This document shows, piece by piece, positions 30,784-41,072 of a stretch of 64,000 bases of DNA. The notes below the pieces were generated by a model. That model was given only the letters and a program-made list of their open reading frames with translations, did not search any database and was not told where the DNA came from. Position 1 is the stretch's first letter. The number at the start of each line of letters is the position of its first letter. Source of the stretch: a virus (taxonomy: Duplodnaviria > Caudoviricetes); IMG/VR virus record IMGVR_UViG_3300011008_000071, positions 54,714 to 118,713 of that record; one strand, written 5' to 3'. The position numbers and the translations under genes were made by a program.

Positions 30784-32082
30784 TTAATAATCGAGAGATC
30801 TGTCATCAAATTCATTGCCTGGTTCGATGAAGGGTAGATGACGGTTAAGATCGGGTATGATATACTTCTTGACATTTTCCCAAATAGGCTTTTCTTTTGC
30901 CTCCTTGTAAATGTCTTTGAATGTGAATGTAAATGAGTCGTCGCCTTTGAATTTGAGACGGTTACGGTTACCTTCGATGATTCCGTTCTCTCTTCCATAT
31001 GACACCAATGACCTCAGATTGTCGAAGCCGTATTTGTGGCTGAATACAAGTTCGAATGATATACCTTTGGAGTTATTTCCAGACTGATTAGATGAGGATT
31101 TCACCGGTTCAACCATGACCATATGTCCAGATATACCATCAGCTTCTTCCGTAAAGTCGTCGCCTGGACGAGCCGTAAGCTTGATTATATTGAATGGGTA
31201 GTATATCATTGTTTTTCCGCCTGGGATAGACTCATCCTGTTTAAGATAATTCTGCTGTCTGGCTACTGGTATGAAAGCATTCATGCTCATATTTGTATTG
31301 ATATGGTTGATACCATATACGATAATATTCGCTTCCTTGCACATCGGAAGAATGTCTTTGAAGAAGCCTTTCATTGTCTTGGCATCTCTTGCGCCTTCGG
31401 TATTACCACGCATTGCTTCAGCAGCCGCAGCTTCTTTGGCATTATCAGGATTGAATGTTTCATTCATTACTGTGGTAATTGAATCGATGATGACTACTGT
31501 AGGTTGGAATATTACAACGTCTTTACCGAACTCATCTTTGAATCCGGAATTGACCAGAAGCTGGTCTTTAAGCTTCATCTTGGATACATACGTCTTGACA
31601 ATCATCTCCTGAATCGTATCCAGTCCGACCATACCAGAACGAATCATGTATCGCTCATTCTCAAAATACTGAGAGGGAAGACCAGTGATGGTCTCGGCCC
31701 TGGATACATCGAAACGGTTTTCGCAGTCGAAATGAATGACATTGGCATACTTGTATTGTCTTATGATATTTGCAGCTATCTGTGCGGCTAAGGTCGTTTT
31801 GCCGCTCCCGCTGTTGCCAATGATGAGGTTAAATGTACCGGCAGCCTGGCCTATGCGTGCCTCCTGTTTTTCCAGTCTTCCTAAATCATCATGTATGTTT
31901 ATGACAGAACCGAAGTAGTAATCGAACAATGGATACCCCGTCTTGATGAACGCGGTGCGGACATTGGTATGAAACAGATTCTTCTTATCATTGTCACGTA
32001 ATGCAGTAAGTAACGGATTGAATGTAGATAGATCCTCCTGCTGTTGCATGATAGTATCAAGTGCATCATTTTTCTTAGCCAT
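30784..32082 (-). CDS. uvsX: RecA/UvsX-like recombinase
   Basis: IKTG..LFD, Walker A GNSGSGKTT, FDCE, Walker B VIIDS, INH and PGGK. Confidence 0.85.
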   Translation of the reverse strand: MAKKNDALDTIMQQQEDLSTFNPLLTALRDNDKKNLFHTNVRTAFIKTGYPLFDYYFGSVINIHDDLGRLEKQEARIGQAAGTFNLIIGNSGSGKTTLAAQIAANIIRQYKYANVIHFDCENRFDVSRAETITGLPSQYFENERYMIRSGMVGLDTIQEMIVKTYVSKMKLKDQLLVNSGFKDEFGKDVVIFQPTVVIIDSITTVMNETFNPDNAKEAAAAEAMRGNTEGARDAKTMKGFFKDILPMCKEANIIVYGINHINTNMSMNAFIPVARQQNYLKQDESIPGGKTMIYYPFNIIKLTARPGDDFTEEADGISGHMVMVEPVKSSSNQSGNNSKGISFELVFSHKYGFDNLRSLVSYGRENGIIEGNRNRLKFKGDDSFTFTFKDIYKEAKEKPIWENVKKYIIPDLNRHLPFIEPGNEFDDRSLDY

Positions 32083-32187
32083 ATTTAGGCCTCCTTAAAT
32101 CATTTTTTTGTTTACCCATTCGGGTTCAGAATATATCATTATCTTATCGGATATTTAATATGGCCCAGGAATTCCTGGGCCATATCC

Positions 32188-33189
32188 TTATTCACTACAT
32201 CTTGGCAGGAATTGACTCGTGTAATATATGGTAGGTTTGTCAAAAACCAATCTAGGTATCTGGATAGGTCCTTCAATCTTTTCAGTCTTGACGATCCCAA
32301 ATGTTCTACGATGTTCCAACGATGGGTACATATAGTTTTTGACAATTTGTTGTTCAAGATATGACCAGTAGAAGAAGCCTGGATACCTGGCAGCATAGTC
32401 CAGAACATTGAGTTGATATTTGATTTTATCATTATCATATTCAGGATATTCTTTGAGCTCACATGGAATACCCATGCTCCATATCATCCACTGTAACCAT
32501 TCAAGTCTTTCTTTGGACCAATGGTTTACCGACACCTGATCCGGTGTTAAATCCTTTCTGTAGCCGATATCAAATGCTCCTCGGATGAATTGCACCCTGT
32601 CCTTCTTCCATGCAAACATGTACTCCAATGGGATCGGTGTCGAAGCAATACAGTGTGTCTTGGCAAAGAAGTTGTAACCCGGGAAGAATTCATCCCATGT
32701 AATGCGGTGATCTGTGTCTTTGCCCTTCCACTGGAAATACAACTTCCCAGTACCGATTGTAGGAAAGTATTCGATATTGTATGTATGTGAGAGATTGTTA
32801 TTCACTTCATATCTACCGGAAGGAAGATTCAGATATGGGTCATTGTAATCTCCATACATGAGCAATGCTCCGGCTACATATGGATCTGGATACAGCGGTT
32901 CCGTAATCCGTTTCCGATCAAACTCAACTTCATATAGAAAGAATGCTCCTTCTATTCCATCTTCTGGAATGTCCTTTGCATGCTTATATACTCCTACAGG
33001 AATATACTCACAGCATCCATATACATCTTCCCTGCCATCTGAAAATGTTATCTTAACTCCTGAATCAAATGTTACAGTATCTATGCTTCTAACTTCTATA
33101 GGATTTCCTGTTCCATATTCATATACCGTATCTCCAATAACGACATCTGTTACTGGTAAAATTCCTCGGGTTGTGATTACTTTAAACAT
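32188..33189 (-). CDS. free-standing degenerate intein-like protein (Hint + LAGLIDADG-like)
   Basis: VITTRG..PVTDVVIGDTVY, ITFSDG, DPYVAGALLMYGD and IPLEY......RVQFIRGAFD. It has no N-terminal Cys/Ser, no C-terminal HN and no exteins. Confidence 0.7.
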   Translation of the reverse strand: MFKVITTRGILPVTDVVIGDTVYEYGTGNPIEVRSIDTVTFDSGVKITFSDGREDVYGCCEYIPVGVYKHAKDIPEDGIEGAFFLYEVEFDRKRITEPLYPDPYVAGALLMYGDYNDPYLNLPSGRYEVNNNLSHTYNIEYFPTIGTGKLYFQWKGKDTDHRITWDEFFPGYNFFAKTHCIASTPIPLEYMFAWKKDRVQFIRGAFDIGYRKDLTPDQVSVNHWSKERLEWLQWMIWSMGIPCELKEYPEYDNDKIKYQLNVLDYAARYPGFFYWSYLEQQIVKNYMYPSLEHRRTFGIVKTEKIEGPIQIPRLVFDKPTIYYTSQFLPRCSE

Positions 33190-33297
33190 GATTCGTATCC
33201 TCCTTTTGTAAGGTTATTATTAGCAATGGGTTTGAAACAGGCATATTAATCAGAGCCTGCCCGGCTCAATTATTTAACATTTATGAGGAGAATTACT

Positions 33298-34368
33298 ATG
33301 GAAAAGGTTAAAAACACAACAGCAGAAGATGTCCAGGCTTCTGTTAGCTCAATATATTCTGCTTTGATTGGAAAACGGAAAAAAGATAAGGAAGCAAAGG
33401 AAGAAGAGAAACGTCTTGCAAAGGAGGCTAAGGAAGCAGCCAAGCAAGATAAGAAGGATGATGAAGAAGAAAAGATTTCCAAGCGTGCAAAACGTGAAAA
33501 GGAACTGGATGCATGGAAATCTGTGTTCTGTGAACTTACCGGAGATGATCTGGAATATGTCGGAACCAAGAAGAAGAAAGGTAAAAAGAAATACAAGAAA
33601 TGGATCGATGATGATCTCGAGAATGAAGTTCGAGTTCAGAAGGCCAAGAAAGTAAAGAAGAAAAATTACCGCAAAGAATTTGAACCTGAACTGAACATGC
33701 TCAAGACACTGCTGGCTGAACAGAACCGCATCAATGCTGATATGTTGAAGCGTTTCCAGAATGCCGCAGGGCCAGCAACCAAGGATGCGATGTTCCCGAA
33801 TAAGACACTCGTGGAGCTCATGGCTACCATTAATGCTGGTAAGACCAACTCTCTTTCTATGTTGAGGGAAATCGGGAGTCTGAAGAAGGCTGTGGCCGAT
33901 CTGGAAATGAAGAGGAAGAAGATGGAGCTGGATGCTGGAGGCAGCAATAACGATAGTATGGATCTCGGATTAATGGGCTCTTCCCTGGCATCGAATATGT
34001 TCATGGGCTCTACTAATCCATATGCATCCACCCCTGTATCTAATCCTGTTGATTTGCCTGTATCAACACCGAATATTCCTCCTGTTACGAACACTTTCAC
34101 TCTTCCAACAGAGGAGTTTGATCCTGCCACATGGGAAGGAATCCCTGGGGCTAGCGAGTACAACTACGAGGACATTCCTCATGAGATATATGTGGAGCAG
34201 AAGGGTGATACAGGTGAGAAGAGATTCGTTGCTGTTCGTACCGACACCGGAGAAGAGATCAATATTCCGAATCTTCCAACGGTTGATCCTAACACCCTTC
34301 CGGTAGATGAGAAGAAAGGTACAGTAAAGGGAAAGTTTGAAGAAGTATACAAACTGAAAATTGTATAA
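33298..34368 (+). CDS. hypothetical Lys-rich/coiled-coil protein
   Basis: GAGGAG RBS before ATG 33298. Confidence 0.7.
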   Translation: MEKVKNTTAEDVQASVSSIYSALIGKRKKDKEAKEEEKRLAKEAKEAAKQDKKDDEEEKISKRAKREKELDAWKSVFCELTGDDLEYVGTKKKKGKKKYKKWIDDDLENEVRVQKAKKVKKKNYRKEFEPELNMLKTLLAEQNRINADMLKRFQNAAGPATKDAMFPNKTLVELMATINAGKTNSLSMLREIGSLKKAVADLEMKRKKMELDAGGSNNDSMDLGLMGSSLASNMFMGSTNPYASTPVSNPVDLPVSTPNIPPVTNTFTLPTEEFDPATWEGIPGASEYNYEDIPHEIYVEQKGDTGEKRFVAVRTDTGEEINIPNLPTVDPNTLPVDEKKGTVKGKFEEVYKLKIV

Positions 34369-34382
34369 GGGAGTGATACCTT

Positions 34383-37300
34383 ATGAATTATACGAATTCT
34401 CGAGAGACATCCCCTCTTCAGAATTTATTCGTTGATGTAAAGAAGATACTCGACTTCCTGGTTGTTAAGGATAACGAAGCGGCAAAGGAAGCCGAGACGG
34501 ATGAAAGTAAATGGCTGGCATATGCATGGATGGATGCACGGATGCATCATGATGATTATACCACATACAAGAAGTTTTGGACAATCGATATGTTCCAGCA
34601 GGTTGCTCCTGTGACGAAGCGGGAATTCAACTTCTATGTTGAACATCCGGACAGAGTGGGACTTAAGTTCCGTGATACGCTTCGGACATTGGGTAGAGAG
34701 AAGTTCTTAGAGTCTTACGTAGAGAAGAATAACTACTATCGAATGTTACAGGGTCTTCCGGATGTCGATGATACCGATTACATATATCTTCCAACATCTC
34801 TTCAGGAGAAGTATGGTTTGACAGAACGTACTCCTGTGCATGAGTTGGATGAGTATCTCCAACGGCGGTATATGAACACCGATGAGTATGCCAAAGTCGT
34901 TACAGATAACCCTAGTAAGAAGTATCTTCAATTCCTTGGAAATAACAAGGTTGACCTATACACTGCTAGGAATGCCAAAGACTTTGAAATCATTCGGTAT
35001 CCAAACAATAGAGCAGATATCAATCCGAACCTGCTATTGTCATTTGCTGAGTTATATTCCAATTACCGTGAGTATGTGATGGTCGTTTTGTACAACCCCC
35101 AATTTGAGAATGTATATGACTATTACAGGACATTCATGGGAACATTGATCCTGGAATATACATTACTTCAGATTGGCAACTCTGCTTTGGAAGCCGTGAA
35201 TACACACAAGTATCTGGATGATTCTGTGCTACATACGATACTGTCGATGTATGGAATTCCGGATTCATTAATCATGAACCGGAATAGCAGACGTGATCTG
35301 GCAATCAACATTCTGAAATTAGTCAAAGAGAAGGGAACGAATGATGTTTACTATGATATCATTCGGATTCTGGGCTACCAGGACGTTGCAATATCCAAAC
35401 TAGTTCTGATGAAGGGGCAAGAATTCGATTCCAATAAGGATGCTTTAAGCACCGTCGATCCATACTTCCTGGAGATTGATCTGAAAGATCCCAACCCATA
35501 CAATACAATCACCAACGGGAAGGCAAATAGGTATTCGTATCATGACATCATCTCCGGGGATCAGAGTTGGTGGGATACCCCAGATGTCCAGAAGATTTTA
35601 AAAGAATCAGATTACTCCATGATGGACACCAAGTATATCACCATTGAGGCAACGATTAACCAGATGCAACATATGTTGGAAATGATATACTTCCCCAGAA
35701 TGATTCTGGATAACAAGTCCGTAGCCGAGGATCTGGAGATTGAGATTCCTGAATTGTTTGGTACCAATACCGTTCCCGTATATGATATCATTCTATTCAT
35801 CATCTCGGCACTATGTCTGGAGACGAAGTCAGAAGCAAAGTTCGTTGATGACAACTCATTGCAGGCTGTAGCCGGTTTCAACTTTGATATCAAAATGGAT
35901 TCGTTCAAAGAATTTCTGGATACGACTTCGTATGTCGATAAGGCCCAGATCATGAAGTTCATGAATGCAATCAATATCGGAAATCTGGATGACATTACCA
36001 GGGTCTTCTCAGATGTGATAATTCCAATGAGGGAATGGCTAGAACGGAAGGTTGTCAATGCGTCAACCAGGGAAGAATTCCTGGAATATGAATCCATATA
36101 CAGAGCTCTCTTCTCATATGACATTGCCAAGAACTCTGTCGTAGATGATATGAACTTCAAAACACCTTTGGAGATCATATGTGAGGAATATGGTATTTCC
36201 GAAGAACAGATAAAGGCATATCAGCACTTCTACCCAAGACAGCTGTCTGGAGAAGCGGTGCTAGATTCTGAATTCGAAAACTCCCGCTATGCAAACTCAA
36301 ACGAATTCCGTTCCAAGATTGCATGGAAGTTCAATATCACTGTTGAGGTCGGCTCCAAGATTGACCAGCGTGGTTTCATATATTTACATGATATTCTGAA
36401 CTACCATGACTGCCGGGATATCCCGTGCTATGTAATGGGCAATGACGGAACATACCATACTGAAGGTAGAATGTTCATGGATTATATTTCCGAAGAAGAA
36501 GGATGGGTCGTAAACCAAGACGTTGTTAAGAAGGTAATTGAAAAGATAAACTATCTGGATGATAATCAGTTGAACGGGGCATATTTCGTTGCCGATACAC
36601 CGATCATCAACTCTGGTGGACAGTGGTACAATTCCGGAACGAAACTGTCAAAGATTTCTCCCGTATTCAAAAACATTCTCATCGAGAAGATTCAATTGGA
36701 TATGGATGGGAGAGCCGACCCAGCGGACAACTATTATGAACTCCTAAGAAGGAGAAATACATTGCTTTACAACACGTTATTCGGCATAACGAAAGACCGA
36801 TATAACCGTGAACCAGAAGCATGGCTTAACGATGTAATGTCTGTATTCACCTCCCTGGAAACGGAATTGTCCATTCATCTTAAGTACTATGAACATTCTG
36901 TACTTGGAAAAGATATGTTCTTTAAACCTTTGATAACTCTCATCAATCATTTCAAATCAATGATGGTTCATATTGCCAAGACAGGCGTAAGATACATATT
37001 CGACTCCAAGATGGACATCACTGGTACATCGAATATGTTCCGACTTTTCGATGATACCAGTATGACTATCCATTTCACCACAATTGCCAACTCCGGCTTC
37101 ACCTCCGAATTTGCATTGTATGATACTATTCCATCTACAAAAAGAAATATCATAATCAAAGATCAAACTAGGTTAATCAAAGAAACGGTTGGATCTGGAT
37201 TTGCAACGGAAGTAAGAACACGATATGATGGATCAATTCATATGGTGGATGAAGCCAAATTCTATATCAATGGGAAACCGTTGGATCCTAATGATCATGC

Positions 37301-37454
37301 TTCACTATGGTTCAATGGAGAACCTGGAACTGGCCGTTGGTCGGAAGAAGATGACATCCTGGTACGTACCAGGATGGGTCAGGAACGTATCAAAGATTAT
37401 AAAGTCGATTATGAAGGATGGAAGGATTTTATAATTTCACAAAGTCCAGTATGA
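34383..37454 (+). CDS. putative virion structural protein (baseplate wedge-like)
   Basis: 1023 aa; YVEKNNYYRML.G.P and L.K.KGT...Y motifs reminiscent of baseplate wedge proteins. Confidence 0.5.
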   Translation: MNYTNSRETSPLQNLFVDVKKILDFLVVKDNEAAKEAETDESKWLAYAWMDARMHHDDYTTYKKFWTIDMFQQVAPVTKREFNFYVEHPDRVGLKFRDTLRTLGREKFLESYVEKNNYYRMLQGLPDVDDTDYIYLPTSLQEKYGLTERTPVHELDEYLQRRYMNTDEYAKVVTDNPSKKYLQFLGNNKVDLYTARNAKDFEIIRYPNNRADINPNLLLSFAELYSNYREYVMVVLYNPQFENVYDYYRTFMGTLILEYTLLQIGNSALEAVNTHKYLDDSVLHTILSMYGIPDSLIMNRNSRRDLAINILKLVKEKGTNDVYYDIIRILGYQDVAISKLVLMKGQEFDSNKDALSTVDPYFLEIDLKDPNPYNTITNGKANRYSYHDIISGDQSWWDTPDVQKILKESDYSMMDTKYITIEATINQMQHMLEMIYFPRMILDNKSVAEDLEIEIPELFGTNTVPVYDIILFIISALCLETKSEAKFVDDNSLQAVAGFNFDIKMDSFKEFLDTTSYVDKAQIMKFMNAINIGNLDDITRVFSDVIIPMREWLERKVVNASTREEFLEYESIYRALFSYDIAKNSVVDDMNFKTPLEIICEEYGISEEQIKAYQHFYPRQLSGEAVLDSEFENSRYANSNEFRSKIAWKFNITVEVGSKIDQRGFIYLHDILNYHDCRDIPCYVMGNDGTYHTEGRMFMDYISEEEGWVVNQDVVKKVIEKINYLDDNQLNGAYFVADTPIINSGGQWYNSGTKLSKISPVFKNILIEKIQLDMDGRADPADNYYELLRRRNTLLYNTLFGITKDRYNREPEAWLNDVMSVFTSLETELSIHLKYYEHSVLGKDMFFKPLITLINHFKSMMVHIAKTGVRYIFDSKMDITGTSNMFRLFDDTSMTIHFTTIANSGFTSEFALYDTIPSTKRNIIIKDQTRLIKETVGSGFATEVRTRYDGSIHMVDEAKFYINGKPLDPNDHASLWFNGEPGTGRWSEEDDILVRTRMGQERIKDYKVDYEGWKDFIISQSPV

Positions 37455-37471
37455 TAATCCACCAAAAATAA

Positions 37472-37624
37472 AGTATATCATATAAAGCCGGGCGCCAGGG
37501 ATGGACGGGGCAGGATGTGGAAAGAGGGGCGCTATTCGGTGGTGACTCGTATGACGGTGCTCGATCTGGTGCTTTCTCGTGCCTCCTGAATAGTACTGTG
37601 TCTTATTCCTACTGGATTATTGGC
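37472..37624 (+). repeat. DGR template/variable-repeat-like cassette, copy 2 (promoter-like motif + leader + repeat, 3'-truncated)
   Basis: 51-nt leader identical to copy 3; repeat reads GALFGGDSYDGARSGAFSCLLNSTVSYSYWIIG. Confidence 0.85.
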
Positions 37625-37834
37625 ATAAGGTACGGCGGATTTAATCCAATCAAATGCAACGAATTTGAAACTACCATTTCCTGCATTGGCATCTTCGATA
37701 GAATCGAATACGGTAAGATCCACTCCACTATTACAGAAGGATTTGATCTTTCCTATGACAATTTCATTTTTGGCACACTCGATGATTAACAGTGTCCCGT
37801 CTGTCTTGAATTGTTCCAACTTCTTTTGTCTCAC
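37532..37834 (-). CDS. hypothetical protein whose C-terminus is the antisense of cassette copy 2
   Basis: Last gene of a minus-strand run; the final ~30 codons lie inside the repeat. Confidence 0.5.
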   Translation of the reverse strand: MRQKKLEQFKTDGTLLIIECAKNEIVIGKIKSFCNSGVDLTVFDSIEDANAGNGSFKFVAFDWIKSAVPYANNPVGIRHSTIQEARESTRSSTVIRVTTE

Positions 37835-37885
37835 ATTAACTCATCTCTTTTCTGTCTATATACCGTAATAACGGTTAAGACAGAG

Positions 37886-38446
37886 TTAGTTGCTAAGATT
37901 CTTATTCCACTCAGGATTTTCCGAGTCAGGATAGAACCATTTCGGTTTTCTTGTAGAGATGTAATAATCAGGGATATCAGGATATAGATTCTGGAACTGG
38001 CCTGATGTGGGATCGCAGTAGATGGTAGTATGCTTCCAGTGTATTGCCAACCATGTATGTTCGATGTACCAATCCTCTTCTTTAATCTTCTTGCTGTGCT
38101 TCTGTTCTCCATGGATGAAGTCAATCGTTATGTCCAGTTCCTTAAGAACGTCACAGTTGGAAAGGTAATTGATGTTAGGCATATTCACTGTATGGTAGGT
38201 AACGCTGCCATCTTCTTTGAACAGGGAATCAATCAGTGCGATTCCTACTAAGTAACGGAGATAGTCACAGAAGTAGATGTCAAACATCAAACATGCCCGA
38301 TTACATTCCCCTTCAAAATTTAATGGGACCTTTTGTCCACGTTGGGCATAATGCTTAGTAATTTGGTCACGGACCTTAATCACTGTCTGTGTGATAATGG
38401 ATACCATATCATTCTTATCAATCTTTAAAATGTCTTTAATTTTCAT
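37886..38446 (-). CDS. hypothetical protein, possibly transglutaminase/papain-like fold
   Basis: G.C...HTW...DPTSGQF, a Cys-His-Asp-like pattern; AGGAGG RBS. Confidence 0.5.
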   Translation of the reverse strand: MKIKDILKIDKNDMVSIITQTVIKVRDQITKHYAQRGQKVPLNFEGECNRACLMFDIYFCDYLRYLVGIALIDSLFKEDGSVTYHTVNMPNINYLSNCDVLKELDITIDFIHGEQKHSKKIKEEDWYIEHTWLAIHWKHTTIYCDPTSGQFQNLYPDIPDYYISTRKPKWFYPDSENPEWNKNLSN

Positions 38447-38535
38447 ATTTCCTCCTTTGGAAACAAAAGACCCATATTGCCATAGCCCGGCAATGCCGGG
38501 CTATGGACAACACGGATCCGAATTCGATAAAAGGG

Positions 38536-38715
38536 TCACTCAGTAAAATACTGAAGTTTTTCATCGTCTGTATAAACGTCCTCTGTTATGGGTTCTTCCC
38601 CATTCTTCTTTTTCAGCAAGTCGTCGACTTTGCTCTGAGAATTGGGACGGTTGATCAGTCCGTCCCGGAACATAAGATCATTGTCTTCGTTTGCCGAAAT
38701 GACTTTGTCATTCAT
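38536..38715 (-). CDS. small hypothetical protein
   Basis: AAGGAG RBS before MNDKVIS. Confidence 0.5.
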   Translation of the reverse strand: MNDKVISANEDNDLMFRDGLINRPNSQSKVDDLLKKKNGEEPITEDVYTDDEKLQYFTE

Positions 38716-38872
38716 TTTGAAACAACTCCTTTTCTTTACTGTAGTCCTTGGATTTGTCGATTTTAACAAGATATGAATATCTGCCCGGTTTGATTTCGCC
38801 ACGAATCATCTTCGATAGAAGAATATCCAGAGGTTCGTCTCCAAACTGTTTCAATCGCTTTACTGCCTGCAT
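38708..38872 (-). CDS. small hypothetical protein (54 aa, below the ORF-track cut-off)
   Basis: AAGGAGG RBS, MQAVKRLKQFGDEP...; overlaps the start of the next gene; upstream TATATTAT. Confidence 0.55.
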   Translation of the reverse strand: MQAVKRLKQFGDEPLDILLSKMIRGEIKPGRYSYLVKIDKSKDYSKEKELFQNE

Positions 38873-38987
38873 TTAAAGTCCTCCTTTATACTTCCTATAT
38901 CTATAATATATATCCATAAGATAAATATATGCTTAGAAGAACCCGAATTTAATTTGACTATACTTTTATATTATGAGGTGAATTGTT

Positions 38988-40037
38988 ATGGAATTTTTAG
39001 ATCTTCCGATATACGACAATATACTGGATGAATTCCTTGATAGGAAATCGTTCCTGGAATCATGCTATGAACTCAGAGCACTTGAGGAGTTATGTAACCC
39101 CGTTGATGAACTCCAACGATATTTCGATGAAACATACATGAGTGAAGCACTGAATGATATCAATCAGAGCGCTGCCAAGACAGTAGGAAATGCATTGAAG
39201 GCAACGAGAGATACAACGACCGGAATGGTTAAAGCCCATTCTGCTCTTACAACATCTTTGGGTAATGCGATGGGGACGACATACAATCTTCTGTATAACC
39301 TCGCAATGGGAATTATAAAGATAATTACATTTATCTTTAACTCTTTCACAATCCTTCCGAGAATGTTACTTAAAGTGACAAATGCAGTAGGAAATATACC
39401 AGGAGATGTTAGATCCAAAGTAAATGGTGATATTCAGCTCTTCATAACAGCTGAAGATATTTCTGTAATGTATGAGCATTCAATCATCAAGAAGCTTAAA
39501 TTATTCATAGCAAATGCTGCTGCTATGAGTAAGGGAGATATGTGGGGAAGCAAACATCACATGACATCCAAAGATAATGATGGAGAAAAGATCAAAGCAA
39601 CCAATAATGATATTGGTCTCGCCAAGCAGCTGCACAAATCATATCTTGATCTTAGTCAGATATCATTCTCCAAAACATTGATTAAAATCAATGACGATTC
39701 GGTGAGAAAATTATATTTTTCCAAAGATGATAGTGGCTCCGGGTCATATTTCAAAAGAATGGACCAGCTTCTGAAGGATGTTCGAGGAATGGAATCCGAT
39801 CTCAGAGATATTAAGAAGTCATTGGAGGAAAAATATAATAAGACTGTTGACAATGGTACATTCATTAAGATGGGTAATTCAATAGAAGGATCTATGAATC
39901 AAAGTTGGATTACCAATTCTATCAGTGATGTATCTAAGACGATGACAATTATTGGGAATTTATTGAAGAATATCCATGAAGACATCAATACCATCAACAG
40001 TGCCGTCAATAAGATTCTCAAAGCAGATAAAAAGTAA
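38988..40037 (+). CDS. hypothetical protein, possibly an internal head protein
   Basis: Acidic N-terminal propeptide-like region (ALEE, YMSEA) followed by a helical body; late-type upstream motif. Confidence 0.45.
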   Translation: MEFLDLPIYDNILDEFLDRKSFLESCYELRALEELCNPVDELQRYFDETYMSEALNDINQSAAKTVGNALKATRDTTTGMVKAHSALTTSLGNAMGTTYNLLYNLAMGIIKIITFIFNSFTILPRMLLKVTNAVGNIPGDVRSKVNGDIQLFITAEDISVMYEHSIIKKLKLFIANAAAMSKGDMWGSKHHMTSKDNDGEKIKATNNDIGLAKQLHKSYLDLSQISFSKTLIKINDDSVRKLYFSKDDSGSGSYFKRMDQLLKDVRGMESDLRDIKKSLEEKYNKTVDNGTFIKMGNSIEGSMNQSWITNSISDVSKTMTIIGNLLKNIHEDINTINSAVNKILKADKK

Positions 40038-40078
40038 AATGTGTGTCACCCTGGGATTTCCCAGGGTGACACATTGTC

Positions 40079-40477
40079 TTATGCACTTAAGAAATCCCTT
40101 AAAGCCATTACAATCAGTTTATCAATACCGTCATTAACCTTGATGGCAATATGGTTGTTTAAATTGATCGGCTTGTCTTCCGGGAGTTGTTTCTGATACT
40201 TCTTAATTGATGATGAGAACTTCAATTGTTCCGTTTTGTGATCACTGTAGAATATTCCGATATTATCTCCCTCAACGGATGAAATTTTCATCGTAGGTTC
40301 TTCGAATGGATATGAGAAACCGAACTTGATACTCCCATACTCAGATTCTACTTCAGTAAGTGCCCCATACCAGGATGGCGTAGAAGTTTTACACTCGGCC
40401 ATCTTCGGATGGTTAATGGTATTCCTTTTGATCACTTCTAGGATGTCTGAATACTTGTAATCACTTAATGATTCCAT
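40079..40477 (-). CDS. hypothetical protein
   Basis: GAGGAGG RBS; last gene of a long minus-strand cluster. Confidence 0.65.
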   Translation of the reverse strand: MESLSDYKYSDILEVIKRNTINHPKMAECKTSTPSWYGALTEVESEYGSIKFGFSYPFEEPTMKISSVEGDNIGIFYSDHKTEQLKFSSSIKKYQKQLPEDKPINLNNHIAIKVNDGIDKLIVMALRDFLSA

Positions 40478-40480
40478 AAG

Positions 40481-40879
40481 TTATTCCTCCTCGCTGTATG
40501 GGCCATAATTATCATTGCCCGTAGAAATATAACTAGTATCAAGAAATATGAACCTAAATAATTCATCCTCGTTATCAATGATTGGTATCAATTTCTCAAG
40601 ATGTTCATCTGCGTGGTCAACATAGCATTCATTCCATGGCTTATATTTATCACACATCGGTCCCATACACACTGTGACACCGCAAGCAGTACATGTGTTA
40701 CGAATTGATTTCACATTTGGTACCTTGACATGATACTTCTTTAGGAAGTTTATTAGTTTCTTTTTATATTTCTGAATTCGTAGATCATGTGGATATGAAT
40801 TCATGGCTATAGATATATGGACACTCTTCATCATCCCAATTCTCATCGGTTTGGTAACGCCAGTTACATTCAATCTCAA
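40481..40879 (-). CDS. hypothetical protein with Cys cluster
   Basis: CTAC...C...C; start uncertain. Confidence 0.5.
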   Translation of the reverse strand: MRLNVTGVTKPMRIGMMKSVHISIAMNSYPHDLRIQKYKKKLINFLKKYHVKVPNVKSIRNTCTACGVTVCMGPMCDKYKPWNECYVDHADEHLEKLIPIIDNEDELFRFIFLDTSYISTGNDNYGPYSEEE

Positions 40880-41072
40880 GCAATAAACACCAAATGATGT
40901 TTATCTTCTCAGCTGCAGAATTGACGATGTCTCCTTCGGTATATGGTAACTTTGTATGAAGGATCACTTCCTTCGGCCCGTAATAATAGCGGGCAGCATG
41001 TTCAGGAGATATGATAATCTGATTCATGGTGGAACTGTTGGTCTCCCACATTGATTGACGTACATATATCAT
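40785..41072 (-). CDS. hypothetical protein
   Basis: GGAGG RBS; abuts the upstream gene. Confidence 0.5.
   Translation of the reverse strand: MIYVRQSMWETNSSTMNQIIISPEHAARYYYGPKEVILHTKLPYTEGDIVNSAAEKINIIWCLLLEIECNWRYQTDENWDDEECPYIYSHEFIST

Noticed and set aside
37517-37789. 90-aa plus-strand ORF starting with the variable-repeat-like peptide, as a DGR target gene
   Set aside because: It has no convincing RBS, the repeat is at the N-terminus with no CLec body, the frame relative to the leader is not conserved in copy 3, and the rest is antisense to another ORF.
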